From positions 496,731 to 552,166 of the forward strand of contig CP064994.1 of the NCBI GenBank assembly GCA_016699975.1: a stretch of DNA of 55,436 nucleotides. The letters are read 5' to 3'. The stretch comes from Candidatus Moraniibacteriota bacterium (GTDB lineage Bacteria; Patescibacteriota; Minisyncoccia; Moranbacterales; UBA1568). Under the pieces are notes generated by a model. The model searched no databases and was not told the origin of the DNA. It worked only from the letters and a program-made list of their open reading frames with translations. Positions within the stretch are counted from its first letter, which is position 1. Each line of letters begins with the position of its first letter. A program made the translations under genes and the position numbers. Positions 33,612 to 43,638 of this stretch are shown here, one piece after another.

Positions 33612-34739
33612 ATGAAGGTGGCACTGGTCCATGACTATTTGGTTCAGCACGGAGGGGCGGAACGGGTACTTGAAGCGTTTCTGGAAATTTTTCCAGAGGC
33701 GCCGATTTTCACGCTTCTCTATGATCCGGAGGCGATGCGGGGCCGATTTGGAGGACGCACTATTTACACGTCATTTCTTCAGAAGTTGCCGTGGACGCGG
33801 AAGAATCATCGCTTGTTTCCGCCGCTTATGCCGCTTGCGATCGAACAGTTCGATTTTCGCGGCTTCGATCTCGTCCTCTCAGATTCTTCGAGCTATGCAA
33901 AGGGCGTGATCACGGGGCCCGAGACCCTTCACATTTCATATATGCACACGCCCATGCGTTACGCCTGGGACGACTGCCACAAGTATGTGGAGGATTTTGG
34001 TTTTCCGCGATTCATAAAGCGGCTTGTTCCGTTTCTCATGAGCCCCATTCGTTTGTGGGATGGAATAAGCGCGAGCCGGCCGGATGCGATAATCGCAAAT
34101 TCGCGTTTTGTTGCGAATCGAATCAAAAAATATTATGGTCGAGAGGCGACGGTGATTCATCCGCCGGTCGAGACGAATATTTTTGTACCGCTCTCTCCTC
34201 ATGAGCGACAAGACTTTTTTCTTATGGTCGGGCGGCTCATTGCCTACAAGCGCCACGATATTGCGATCCGTGCTTTTAACGAACTCAAACTCCCTCTCAA
34301 AATTATTGGGCGCGGTCCCGAATACGATCGTTTGCGCCGCCTCGCGGGACCCACTATCGAATTTCTCGGGCGCGTGCCCGATTCCGAACTGCCTCGCTAC
34401 TACGGGAGCTGTCGCGCCTTTGTCTTTCCACAAGAAGAAGACTTTGGTATTGTTGCGTTTGAGGCGTTCGCCGCGGGACGCCCCCTCATCGCCTATCGCG
34501 GCGGAGATATTCCCGAACATTTGGAAGAGGGTACCATGGGGATTTTCTTCGAACGACAAACACCAGCATCGTTAATCGAAGCGGTGCGAAAGTTTGAAGA
34601 GAATCGTGTGGATCCCGAGCGTATTCGAGAGCAGGCGCTTCGTTTTGATCGGGAGCGATTTCTCGAAAAGATTCGAGCATACGTAGATCGCGAATACCGG
34701 AATTTTCGGGAGAAAAGTGCCGCGAAGGAGGAGTGCTGA
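33612..34739 (+). CDS. Glycosyltransferase family 4 (GT-B fold)
   Basis: MKVALVHDYLVQHGGAERVLE... and EDFGIVAFEAFAAGRPLIAY. Confidence 0.85.
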   Translation: MKVALVHDYLVQHGGAERVLEAFLEIFPEAPIFTLLYDPEAMRGRFGGRTIYTSFLQKLPWTRKNHRLFPPLMPLAIEQFDFRGFDLVLSDSSSYAKGVITGPETLHISYMHTPMRYAWDDCHKYVEDFGFPRFIKRLVPFLMSPIRLWDGISASRPDAIIANSRFVANRIKKYYGREATVIHPPVETNIFVPLSPHERQDFFLMVGRLIAYKRHDIAIRAFNELKLPLKIIGRGPEYDRLRRLAGPTIEFLGRVPDSELPRYYGSCRAFVFPQEEDFGIVAFEAFAAGRPLIAYRGGDIPEHLEEGTMGIFFERQTPASLIEAVRKFEENRVDPERIREQALRFDRERFLEKIRAYVDREYRNFREKSAAKEEC

Positions 34740-34868
34740 ATTTTTTGTTTCTCTCGAAACGGCAGAGAAAAAAGACCCGAAAGGGGAAGGTGGTGTTGGG
34801 AGTTTTTTGATTCGAGCACACAACAAGAATCGAGACATTTTTCTGAGAGACATGCCAATCACAAAACT

Positions 34869-35501
34869 ATGGAACTCCGAGAACTTCTTCGATTATTTTG
34901 GAAAAGCCGCGCGGCTTTTCTTTTGGTTTTCGCATCGGTACTTCTTGTCGCTGCTCTCATATACGCCGTGCAACCGATCTCGTATCGTGCGGAAGTGACC
35001 ATGAATGTCGCGCGCGCCGGAGTGCGCGAAACGAGCGATTATACTTTCGATGATTTCTATCGCCTTCAGGCAGACGAGCGTTTTGCGGATACGGTTGTAC
35101 GGTGGCTCGAATCGCCTCGCGTCGTTTCGGACATCGAACGCGCTGCGGGTCTCTCTTCGGGAAGCCTCTCATTTGATGCGGGGAGACTCTCTTCGCAGGT
35201 TATTCGCGTGCGGTTCGTGGTGCGAGATCGCGTACTTGCCGAGCGCGTTAGTCGCGAAATGTTCTCGGTCCTCAATCGCGAAACCAATTCGTTAAATGGA
35301 AAAAATCGCTCGGATGGATGGTTTGCCCTTGTTGGCGAAGAACCGTCTCTTTCGGATGGGCGAATTTCTCTTGGGACAGTGCTCTTGGGGGGAACGGCAA
35401 CCGGTCTTTTCTTGGGAATTCTGTGGGTTCTTTGCGGCTGGTATGTTCGTGGCGAGTCTGAAATCGAATCGGCAAGGAGGGGTCGATCAACAAGAGCATG
35501 A
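34869..35501 (+). CDS. Wzz/chain-length-determinant-like membrane protein
   Basis: N- and C-terminal TM helices flank a ~150-aa extracytoplasmic region. Sits in glycan-locus context. Confidence 0.55.
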   Translation: MELRELLRLFWKSRAAFLLVFASVLLVAALIYAVQPISYRAEVTMNVARAGVRETSDYTFDDFYRLQADERFADTVVRWLESPRVVSDIERAAGLSSGSLSFDAGRLSSQVIRVRFVVRDRVLAERVSREMFSVLNRETNSLNGKNRSDGWFALVGEEPSLSDGRISLGTVLLGGTATGLFLGILWVLCGWYVRGESEIESARRGRSTRA

Positions 35502-36682
35502 AGATCGGCATTGATATTCGCCCGCTCTTGGGCGGCAAACGGACGGGAGTGGAAGAATATATGCTCGAATTACTGGAGCATCTGTTTTTTCTCGACTCTG
35601 CAAATGAATATATTTTATTTTGGAATGCCTGGAAGTTGCCGCCGTGCCCGCGTGATTGGGATCGTCGCTTCCCACACGTGCGTCTTGCTTCGTTTCGTAT
35701 CCCGAATAAACTCCTGAATTTCTCTTTGTGGTATTTCGGATTTCCGAAGCTCGACCGACTGATTGGCGGGACAGATGTCTTCTTTGTTCCGAATCTCACC
35801 TTTGCGGCCTTTTCCCGCCACACGCGAGTTGTGGTAACAGCGCATGACCTTTCCTTCGAACTCTGGCCTGAAACGTTCTCATGGAAGCGCAGATGGTGGC
35901 ATTTTTTCGTTCATTTTCGCCGGCTTGCGCGTCGCGCTGATCGCATCATTTGTGTCTCTCAATCGACCAAGGACGATCTCGTCACTTTTCTCCGTCTTTC
36001 ACTTCGAAAGGTGGTGGTAGTCAAGAGTGGCATTGATCCCACATGTGTCCCGATGAGTCGCAATCATCCGTCGCTTCTTTCGGTGAAGGAGCGATATGGA
36101 TTGCCGTACCGCTTTGTGTTATCGGTCGGGACGATTGAGCCGCGGAAGAATATTGTCTCGCTTGCAGAGGCGTTTGACACGCTGGTGCGGGAAGGGAAAG
36201 CGGATGGATTCGAGCTCGTGTTAGCCGGTGTAAAAGGCTGGAAGTGGCGGGGAATTCGAGAAGCGATCGACCGACTTCCTTCTCGCAATCGCATTCGATT
36301 TTTGGGGTTTGTCGAAGATAAAGACAAGGCAGCACTTTACAATTTGGCGAGTGTTTTTGTGGCCCCATCTTTCTACGAAGGATTCGGATTTCCACCGCTC
36401 GAAGCCGCGGCGTGTGGAACGCCGGTTGTGGTTTCAAATGGTTCTTCGTTTCCGGAAACGCTGGGCGGAGGCGCCATTCTGAGCGATCCCTGACGTCCCG
36501 AAGACGTGCGCCGCGCGCTCGAAGAACTGTTGCGAGATCGCGCGCGTGCAGAAAAATTGTCCGAGCGTGGCAGGGCGCTCGCTGAGCGTTTTTCTTGGGA
36601 AAGTGCTGCGGCAAAAACGAAAGCAGTTTTTGAGACCCTCAAGAAAAAACAAAGAAGCACGAACCGACAGGCGACACGTTGA
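35498..36682 (+). CDS. Glycosyltransferase family 4, interrupted by an in-frame TGA at 36491-36493
   Basis: EGFGFPPLEAAACGTPVVVSNGSSFPETLGGGAILSDP*RPEDVRRALEELLRDRARAEKLSERGRALAERFSWESAAAKTKAVF. The segment after the stop is the normal GT4 C-terminus, in the same frame. Confidence 0.8.
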
Positions 36683-36809
36683 TCGAAATATCCTCTCCCT
36701 GTGCTGCCTCAAAAAAAGCGAACACGCTGTCGCTTCACCCTCTTCCTTTATTTCTCAAGTTCTCAAATGTGAAGATGAATGTACTTGAAATTTTTATTCT
36801 TCAGGTCCT

Positions 36810-37376
36810 ATGACTCGAAATATTCTCGCATTTCTCGGCATGCCGGGAAGTGGCAAAACAGAAGCGATTGAGTATGTGCGAAAGACGTATGGTTTCCCAA
36901 AAGTCTACTTTGGGGATATCACGTTCGATGAGATGCGTCGCCGCCAGTTGGAGACAACGCCCGAAAACGAACGGCTTGTTCGCGAAAGTCTCCGGAATGA
37001 ATACGGCGAAGATTACTATGCTCGCGAAGTAGTGCGACGAATACAGGCCCTCTCCAACGAACCGTGCATTCTGGTCGAAAGTCTCTACAGCTGGACGGAA
37101 TATGAAACGCTGAAACTCGCGTTTGGAGACATATTTACGACGATCACGGTACATGCGGCGCCCCCTCTTCGGTACGCGCGTCTTTCGAATCGCAAAGAGC
37201 GTCCGCTCACGCGCGAAGAAGCCATGAACCGAGATATCGCGCAGCTCAAGCGTCTTGATCAGGGAATGCCGATCGCGCTTTCCGATATCGTGATCTCGAA
37301 CGATACCGATCTCGAACATTTTCATGAGAAAATTGATGCTGCGCTGAAGGTGATACTCGAAAAAGAAGAGGAATGA
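36810..37376 (+). CDS. P-loop nucleotide/nucleoside kinase-like protein (dephospho-CoA-kinase-like / UPF0200-like)
   Basis: Walker A FLGMPGSGKT. 188 aa. Substrate unknown. Confidence 0.6.
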   Translation: MTRNILAFLGMPGSGKTEAIEYVRKTYGFPKVYFGDITFDEMRRRQLETTPENERLVRESLRNEYGEDYYAREVVRRIQALSNEPCILVESLYSWTEYETLKLAFGDIFTTITVHAAPPLRYARLSNRKERPLTREEAMNRDIAQLKRLDQGMPIALSDIVISNDTDLEHFHEKIDAALKVILEKEEE

Positions 37377-37581
37377 CTTGACAGATTCTTATAATTGCAG
37401 TAGGGTTCATTGAAAATGGTATGGAGAAAAGGAGCTCATTAACAACAATGTTGAGCATTGAGTGCTACCGTTTCATTTGAGTGACGTTCTCGATGGATGG
37501 TTTTTCCGACAAATTCTCATCGGTTTAAACTTTCTTTTTTCTGTATCGAGAGCGTCATTCCGACGTTTGTGAGGAGGAAAA

Positions 37582-38379
37582 ATGAAGTCAATTTTTTTAG
37601 TATCGTTCCTTTTTTGTGCTCTTATCGGCTCTGGCTCTGTAAGAGCAGATGACTCGGTTGATATACTTCAAAAAAAATTTTATCCATTTGAAAGCGTATC
37701 GAACAATAATGGGTTCGAAAGCAATCAATGCGAGGTTTCCGGCCGAGCAATGCGGAGCGATCTTGAGGCGGTCGGCATTTCTCCTGATACTCTTTTGGGA
37801 GGATTGACGAAAGAAGGGACGATGTTTCTGTCCCTTGAATGTCACGGGAGAAGGATTGTAGCGAAAACAAATAACGGTATTTACCAGACTTTGTTTTCAA
37901 TATTCTCAGTTCGGAAACAGAATTACAGGATGACTGCAAGCACCTGGCCTTCGTGGTATTCTGAGGCAAAAGGCGTTCCTGATTTGTTTTATCTCATGGT
38001 GTGGGAAAAAGAAAAAAGGAGGAGTTTATACCCCCACCCTATGGTTCGCTACAATACTTACGAAGTCATCTTTTCTATGCCTATAGAGAAGCTGGCTCAC
38101 CATCCGGATATCTACTGTCCAGAGACTAGCTCTATTATTTCAATGGATGGAAAATTTGTTCCGATCATGCTCCCGGTTGGACATAAAGAAATCTTTCCGG
38201 GAGTGACGGGAGGCGCTGCTCTTTCTGCGCTGATTCAAATAATGATGAGTCCTTCCGGGAGCACTCGGGGGGATGCGTATTTGAAAGGATTCGATTATCA
38301 TCAATCATACGTGGTCCTTTTTCCTTCAGTAGATTCCTGTAATTCTTGCAGAAGGGAGGAAAATGAAGGTGAAGAGTAA
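37582..38379 (+). CDS. Secreted hypothetical protein
   Basis: SD GAGGAGG. Signal peptide MKSIFLVSFLFCALIGSGSVRA. AT-rich by eye. Confidence 0.65.
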   Translation: MKSIFLVSFLFCALIGSGSVRADDSVDILQKKFYPFESVSNNNGFESNQCEVSGRAMRSDLEAVGISPDTLLGGLTKEGTMFLSLECHGRRIVAKTNNGIYQTLFSIFSVRKQNYRMTASTWPSWYSEAKGVPDLFYLMVWEKEKRRSLYPHPMVRYNTYEVIFSMPIEKLAHHPDIYCPETSSIISMDGKFVPIMLPVGHKEIFPGVTGGAALSALIQIMMSPSGSTRGDAYLKGFDYHQSYVVLFPSVDSCNSCRREENEGEE

Positions 38380-38547
38380 AATACATTAAATTCTGCATTG
38401 ACAATGCAGAGAAAAAGATCTTTCTAGATTGAACCATTTCTTTTTGAGCGAGCATGGGAAATTCCCTGTTCGCTCTTTTCTTTTCTAAAAGAGTGGGTAT
38501 GATAAGCATATCAAACGTTTTTCTCCTTGTTTTCCGGTACGCGCGTT

Positions 38548-40038
38548 ATGAAATATATTCCCGTTCTCGGCATGGAAGTACATGCCGAACTCAAAACGAA
38601 ATCGAAGATGTTTTGCGCGTGTGAAAATGGCCGCGGTCTCGAGAAAGAGCCGAACACGCATATTTGCCCGGTGTGTACCGGGCAACCTGGGACTTTGCCT
38701 GTGCCAAACCGTGTGGCGATCGAATACGTACAGAAGGCAGGACTCGCGCTCGGATGCACGCTTCGCCTCGATTCGAAATTCGATCGGAAGAACTACTTTT
38801 ACCCCGATCTTCCGAAGGGCTACCAGATATCGCAGTTCGACAAACCTTTGTGTGAGAACGGCAGCATGACGATCGACGGAAAAGTATTTCGCATCACGCG
38901 CATTCATCTCGAGGAAGATACCGGTAAACTTTCTCATGGAAGAGGAGGAACCTGCGTCGATCTGAATCGAGCGGGAGTCCCGCTTCTTGAACTTGTTACG
39001 GAGCCTGACTTTTCAAGCGGCAAAGAAGCGCGCCTTTTTTGCCAGAAGCTTCGTCAAATTTTTCGCTATCTCGATATTTCCGATGCGGACATGGAAAAGG
39101 GACAGATGCGCTGCGAGGTGAATATTTCTCTCTTTCGCGAGGGCGACGAAAGGCTGAGTGGCACGAAAGTGGAAATTAAAAATCTCAATTCATTCCGTTC
39201 CGTCGAACGCGCGGCCGACTTCGAAATTCTTCGGCAAACGGAAATTTTGGAAAGTGGAAAACAAGTCGTGCAAGAGACGCGCGGATGGGACGATGCGGCG
39301 GGGCGCACGGTATCGCAGCGCGCCAAAGAATCCGCTCACGATTACCGGTATTTCCCCGAGCCAGACATTCCGAAACTCATCTTTTCCAAAGAAGAAACGG
39401 AGCGTCTCCGGAAGAGTCTTCCCGAACTTCCCGATTCGAAAGAAGCGAGATTCTTAGAGGAGTTCGGGCTTTCGCTTTCGGACATCTCGTCACTTGTTTC
39501 CGAGCGAGATGTGGCCGATTACTTCGAGCGCGTGGCGAGTGAACTTCTCGAAAAGCGATCCTCCGGCGAAACCTCGGTCGATCCGAAGCGACTCCTCAAA
39601 CTTGCAGCGAATTATTTTCTGACCGAGCGCAAGCGATATGTTGCCGATCGTGGCGGGGATATGCGAAGTGTGCCCGTTTCCGCGGAAAATTATGCGGAAT
39701 TCGTGACGATCGTTGCCGAGGGAAAGGTGAATTCGAGTGCGGCCCAGCGTCTTCTTTCGGAAATGATGAAGGGCGGAGATTCTGATCCTTCCCACATTGT
39801 GGATCGTCTCCAGCTTTCTCAGATGAGTGATGAGGGAGCGCTCGAGGAAATCGTTCGATTGGTTCTCTTAGACAACGAAAAGTCAGTCACGGATTATCGA
39901 AACGGAAAACAAAATGCGCTCCAGTATTTGGTGGGTCAAACGATGAAGGCTTCGAAAGGAAGAGCAAATCCAGAAACGGCTCGCACATTTCTTCTCCGGT
40001 TCCTGGAAGGGTCGGATTCGCGAGAGGCTACACAGTAG
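38548..40038 (+). CDS. gatB: Asp/Glu-tRNA(Asn/Gln) amidotransferase subunit B
   Basis: YIPVLGMEVHAELKTKSKMFC, CPVCTGQPGTLP, NYFYPDLPKGYQISQ, RIHLEEDTGK, and a C-terminal YqeY/GatB domain. Confidence 0.95.
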   Translation: MKYIPVLGMEVHAELKTKSKMFCACENGRGLEKEPNTHICPVCTGQPGTLPVPNRVAIEYVQKAGLALGCTLRLDSKFDRKNYFYPDLPKGYQISQFDKPLCENGSMTIDGKVFRITRIHLEEDTGKLSHGRGGTCVDLNRAGVPLLELVTEPDFSSGKEARLFCQKLRQIFRYLDISDADMEKGQMRCEVNISLFREGDERLSGTKVEIKNLNSFRSVERAADFEILRQTEILESGKQVVQETRGWDDAAGRTVSQRAKESAHDYRYFPEPDIPKLIFSKEETERLRKSLPELPDSKEARFLEEFGLSLSDISSLVSERDVADYFERVASELLEKRSSGETSVDPKRLLKLAANYFLTERKRYVADRGGDMRSVPVSAENYAEFVTIVAEGKVNSSAAQRLLSEMMKGGDSDPSHIVDRLQLSQMSDEGALEEIVRLVLLDNEKSVTDYRNGKQNALQYLVGQTMKASKGRANPETARTFLLRFLEGSDSREATQ

Positions 40039-40326
40039 CAGAGGTTTTCTTGTGTGGGAATCGTGCCAGAAGATTTCTCGGTTGCCGAAATATTCTTTGA
40101 CTCTTTTTCCCTTTTTCGAAGCGATCGGTTTCCACTTTTCTTCATTGTGTTTTGGAAGAATGCGGCGCCGATTGATTCATTTTTTCAGTCTTTTTTAAAG
40201 ACTTCGAAATTTTTTCGAAGGAAAACTCTATGAATACGATTCGCGGAAATAAATCGATTCGAATCGCCGTGATCGTCACGATCCTGGTGGTCGCCATCGT
40301 GCTCTACTTTTTTGTTTAGATTTTTT

Positions 40327-40788
40327 ATGAACCAAAAAGTATCGGATTTTCTTCGAAAGGCAGGCTCGCGTGCGACCGATTACCGCGGATCGACGAGTCG
40401 AAAAGTCGCAAAAGGCATGCTTGCGGGAATCATTGTTCTTTTGTTGGGTGCGCTTGGTCTTGAATTGGGAAACGTTGACTTTGATTTGGGATCAATTCTT
40501 TCGGGAAACTCCGTTTCGGATTCCAAAATCATGCGTGACGAACGTGGGAATCTCGAACGAACGAATGAGGGCGGGTTTGTGACGAAAGTGCTCCGAGACA
40601 AAGAGGGGAAGGCGGTCCCGGAAGGAACTCCCGGCGCAAAATACACGGATGAATATAATTGTGAGGATTTTGGAACGCGAGGCGAAGCGCAAATGTTTTT
40701 CACCAATGCGGGCGGAATTGGGAACGATACGAATCGGCTGGATGGTGACAAAGATGGCGAAGCGTGCGAGTCGCTGTCTCAGAAGTAA
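40327..40788 (+). CDS. Membrane-anchored Excalibur (calcium-binding) domain protein
   Basis: TM helix MLAGIIVLLLGALGL. C-terminal YNCEDFGTRGEAQMFF...NRLDGDKDGEACESL. Confidence 0.8.
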   Translation: MNQKVSDFLRKAGSRATDYRGSTSRKVAKGMLAGIIVLLLGALGLELGNVDFDLGSILSGNSVSDSKIMRDERGNLERTNEGGFVTKVLRDKEGKAVPEGTPGAKYTDEYNCEDFGTRGEAQMFFTNAGGIGNDTNRLDGDKDGEACESLSQK

Positions 40789-41001
40789 TCTTTGTTTACC
40801 CATCTTTTTCGATCATTAGTCTAGTCTTTGCGAGTTTCCACTTCTTCGCACTGGCTTCCAACACGATTCCCCTGTGTGCTTCACGCTCTGCCCTCTTTCC
40901 TTTTTGGCGTCTCTCCCCAAAGAATTTTCTCATAATTATTCTCCGGAACAGACGCTTCTCTCTGAAACAACCTCCTCCTTCTTTCGAAATGCTTTCTTTC
41001 T

Positions 41002-41019
41002 TGGTATACTTTGCTGATG
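41002..41019 (+). promoter_or_regulatory. Extended -10 promoter (TGgTATACT) ending 6 nt before the ATG at 41017
   Basis: TG at 41002-41003, TATACT at 41005-41010, ATG at 41017. No SD. Confidence 0.45.
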
Positions 41020-41334
41020 CGCGCACGACTTCTTATCTTAAGCTTCCTTTTTCTTTCGGCAACATTGCCGTGTCTGTGTGTTTCCCGTGCTTTTATGGAG
41101 GGAAACATGGAAAACTGTACCCTGTTTTTCGAGGGGAGTTCGAATGATCACGCTTCTCATATTGAGACCTCTTCGCCAGGGGATATGGATGCGCTTTCCT
41201 ATTCGGCGTCATGGCGGGCGTTTTTGTCTGGGGTCATTTCACCGTTTTTTTCGCTCGTCTTTCTTTTTTGCCTTGGCTGGGCGATTACTGGCTTTGCTGC
41301 ACGTTTTCTTTCTTCCCCGGACGTTGTTTCTTGA
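41017..41334 (+). CDS. Hypothetical small membrane protein (Cys/His/Met-containing) upstream of the copper genes
   Basis: MRARLLILSFLFLSATLPCLCVS..., then CTLFFEGSSNDHASH..., then the C-terminal TM FFSLVFLFCLGWAITGF. Overlapping alternative ORFs exist. Confidence 0.35.
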   Translation: MRARLLILSFLFLSATLPCLCVSRAFMEGNMENCTLFFEGSSNDHASHIETSSPGDMDALSYSASWRAFLSGVISPFFSLVFLFCLGWAITGFAARFLSSPDVVS

Positions 41335-41513
41335 CGAGTGTTTTCGTCCTCCCGAATGTGCGAGAGATGCATTTCGTATTTTTCTCGCTCTTTTCCGAGC
41401 GCTCTTTTCCGGAGTGATTCATACCAAGGTTTTCTCATCCTCAGCGTCTTTTTGACGCGCGTTTTCTTGGCGTCATTCGAATGCGTTACGGAGGAATTTT
41501 TTGAAAACCACGT

Positions 41514-42926
41514 ATGAAAACTTCGCAATCAGCAACCAAGGTTCCGGATATAGCGGTTCGTTCAAAAGTCATTTCGATCGAGGGCATGCATTGTCGCTCA
41601 TGCGAGATCGTGTTGGACGAAGCGCTCCGGGGTGTTCCCGGTGTTTCGAAAACGCATATTTCTTCCCGAAAGGGAGAAGCGCGAATTTTCTTTGGCGATC
41701 GTGAGCCGGACGATTCTCAAATTCAAGAGGCGATAGAGTCGTCGGGATATGGAGTCGGGCATTCTTCCCGACCACCCTTTTTCTCCCGAAATGGAGAAGA
41801 TTATCTTGATCTCATTCTCGCGGCAATTCTCTTTGTTGTTCTCTTTTCGGCGATTCGTTTTTTCGGGGTGGAAAATATCGAATCGATGCTCCCGTCTTCA
41901 CCTCAGAATCTCGGCATCGTTTTTGTTATCGGAGCAGTCGCGGGAGTCTCGACGTGTCTCGCGCTTGTTGGGGGGCTGGTTCTTGGTGTATCTGCGCGTT
42001 TTGCAGAAGCGAATCCGACCCTTTCTTCGTGGAAGAAATTTCGTCCACATCTCTTTTTTCACGCCGGTCGACTCGGGGCGTTTGTGATAGGCGGCGGTAT
42101 TCTGGGATTACTCGGGTCTGCCTTTTCGTTTTCCCCGACGTTTTCGGGAGCGGTTTTTCTGTTCGCTGCGGTTGCACTCCTCCTTCTCGGAATCAAGCTC
42201 TTGGGAATTTTCCCTCGTATCGAACGGTTTTCCCTCACCCTTCCTCCGAGCGTCTCACGCCTCTTTCGTGCGGGGAAAAGGGTGTCGAATGATACCTATC
42301 GAGATCGAGATGCTGTTTTTTCGGGAGTGCTCTCTTTCTTCTTGCCGTGTGGCTTTACGCAAGCGATCCAGGTCTTTGCTGCGGGGAGCGCAAGTGCTAT
42401 TTCGGGAGCCCTCATCCTCGGAGTATTCGCCGTGGGGACGGCTCCGGGACTCTTGGGGATCGGCGCACTCGCTTCGTTTCTTACGGGGAAGGTGGGAAGA
42501 ATATTTTTTCGTCTCTCGGGCCTCTTGGTTCTCTTCTTTGCTCTTCTTACCTTCGGCAATGCAGTACGACTTTTTTCTCTTGAAGGAGTATCTGTTCTTT
42601 CCTCTGCCTCTCGGGATTCAGGAAAAGAGGAAAAGACCTCTCTTTCCAACTCTTCCGAAACATCGGTGCAGGTCGTACATATGGAAGAGAATGCACGCGG
42701 GTATGAACCAGACACACTTCGCATTCAAAAAGGGCGTCCGGTCCTCTGGATTATTACTGCACGAAGCCCGTATTCGTGCGCTTCGAGCCTCGTTGTTCCG
42801 AAGCTTGGTATTCGAACGACGCTTGTGATGGGTGAAAACCGATTCGAATTCACCCCGACGGAAGTTGGTACTATCCCATTCTCTTGTTCAATGGGTATGT
42901 ATAAAGGAGTGTTCATTGTGGAATAA
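41514..42926 (+). CDS. Fusion protein: HMA metal-binding domain + TauE/DsbD-like permease + C-terminal cupredoxin-like domain
   Basis: GMHCRSCE (HMA), ~7 TM helices, and a C-terminal beta domain (LRIQKGRPVLWIITARSPYSCASSLVVPKLGI...FSCSMGMYKGVFIVE). Confidence 0.8.
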   Translation: MKTSQSATKVPDIAVRSKVISIEGMHCRSCEIVLDEALRGVPGVSKTHISSRKGEARIFFGDREPDDSQIQEAIESSGYGVGHSSRPPFFSRNGEDYLDLILAAILFVVLFSAIRFFGVENIESMLPSSPQNLGIVFVIGAVAGVSTCLALVGGLVLGVSARFAEANPTLSSWKKFRPHLFFHAGRLGAFVIGGGILGLLGSAFSFSPTFSGAVFLFAAVALLLLGIKLLGIFPRIERFSLTLPPSVSRLFRAGKRVSNDTYRDRDAVFSGVLSFFLPCGFTQAIQVFAAGSASAISGALILGVFAVGTAPGLLGIGALASFLTGKVGRIFFRLSGLLVLFFALLTFGNAVRLFSLEGVSVLSSASRDSGKEEKTSLSNSSETSVQVVHMEENARGYEPDTLRIQKGRPVLWIITARSPYSCASSLVVPKLGIRTTLVMGENRFEFTPTEVGTIPFSCSMGMYKGVFIVE

Positions 42927-43050
42927 AATTGGAACCGATTAATTCGTTCCGCATTCTTCTTCTTTCAAAGAGCGGGATGCACGCGAGAGACATGCTGTTC
43001 CCATTGGAAATATCAGTGATTGAGTAATTTACTTTTATCTTTTTTCTCAT

Positions 43051-43638
43051 ATGAATCTTGATTCATTTTCTCGTCCGCTCGTCCTCTCGAGCATGGCGAT
43101 TCTCTTTGTTTCTGGGGTGGCTCTCGGGTATTTTTTCTCTCCGGAATATCGAATGGATCGATATGGAGAAACGAATATGCGCTCTTTTCGCGCTGATCGT
43201 TTCGCTGACCTCGCGTATATGAATGCGATGATTGCGCACCATCGGGGAGCCATGCTCCTTGCTGAAGCGGCACGCGAAAAGACGACTCGCGTCGAAATTC
43301 GCTCGATTGCAGAGACTATTCTTCGAGAAGAACCGAAGGCGATCGAAGAACTTGTGCGTTGGAAAAAGGAATGGTACCGAGATCCGAGAAGTGTGCGCGA
43401 CCCAGAGGTTCCTCAGCTTGGTGAGGCGGGAGCGAATTTTGATCTTCGATTTTTGAACGCGCTTCTTGCTCATCACCAAGCAGGAATTGAGATGACACGC
43501 GCCATTCGGATACGTTCGAGTCGCGGAGAAATTCTTGACAACGCGGATTCGGTGGAAGCATTTCTGCGGAAAAGCGGAGGTGATCTCGCGAGTTTGCGCG
43601 AAACTTGGTACGGTATTTCTGTTCCCTCTTCTCTATGA
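43051..43638 (+). CDS. DUF305 family (four-helix, copper-resistance-associated) protein
   Basis: N-terminal TM. Repeated motif [17 protein letters not shown] / [17 protein letters not shown]. Confidence 0.8.
   Translation: MNLDSFSRPLVLSSMAILFVSGVALGYFFSPEYRMDRYGETNMRSFRADRFADLAYMNAMIAHHRGAMLLAEAAREKTTRVEIRSIAETILREEPKAIEELVRWKKEWYRDPRSVRDPEVPQLGEAGANFDLRFLNALLAHHQAGIEMTRAIRIRSSRGEILDNADSVEAFLRKSGGDLASLRETWYGISVPSSL

Noticed and set aside
36491-36493. UGA reassigned as a sense codon (code 4 or 25), or as selenocysteine, to explain the in-frame TGA in the GT4 gene.
   Set aside because: TGA terminates several conserved genes exactly at their expected C-termini: pheS ...LRFLNQF*, DUF305, the sigma factor and the YvlD-like gene. 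The only hairpin after the TGA is a 5-bp stem (ACGTC-CCGAA-GACGT), too small to call a SECIS. Selenocysteine in a GT4 enzyme is implausible.
40230-40319. A 29-aa single-TM ORF (MNTIRGNKSIRIAVIVTILVVAIVLYFFV) upstream of the Excalibur gene.
   Set aside because: It is too short, has only a weak GGAAAA SD-like element, and cannot be distinguished from chance without conservation data.
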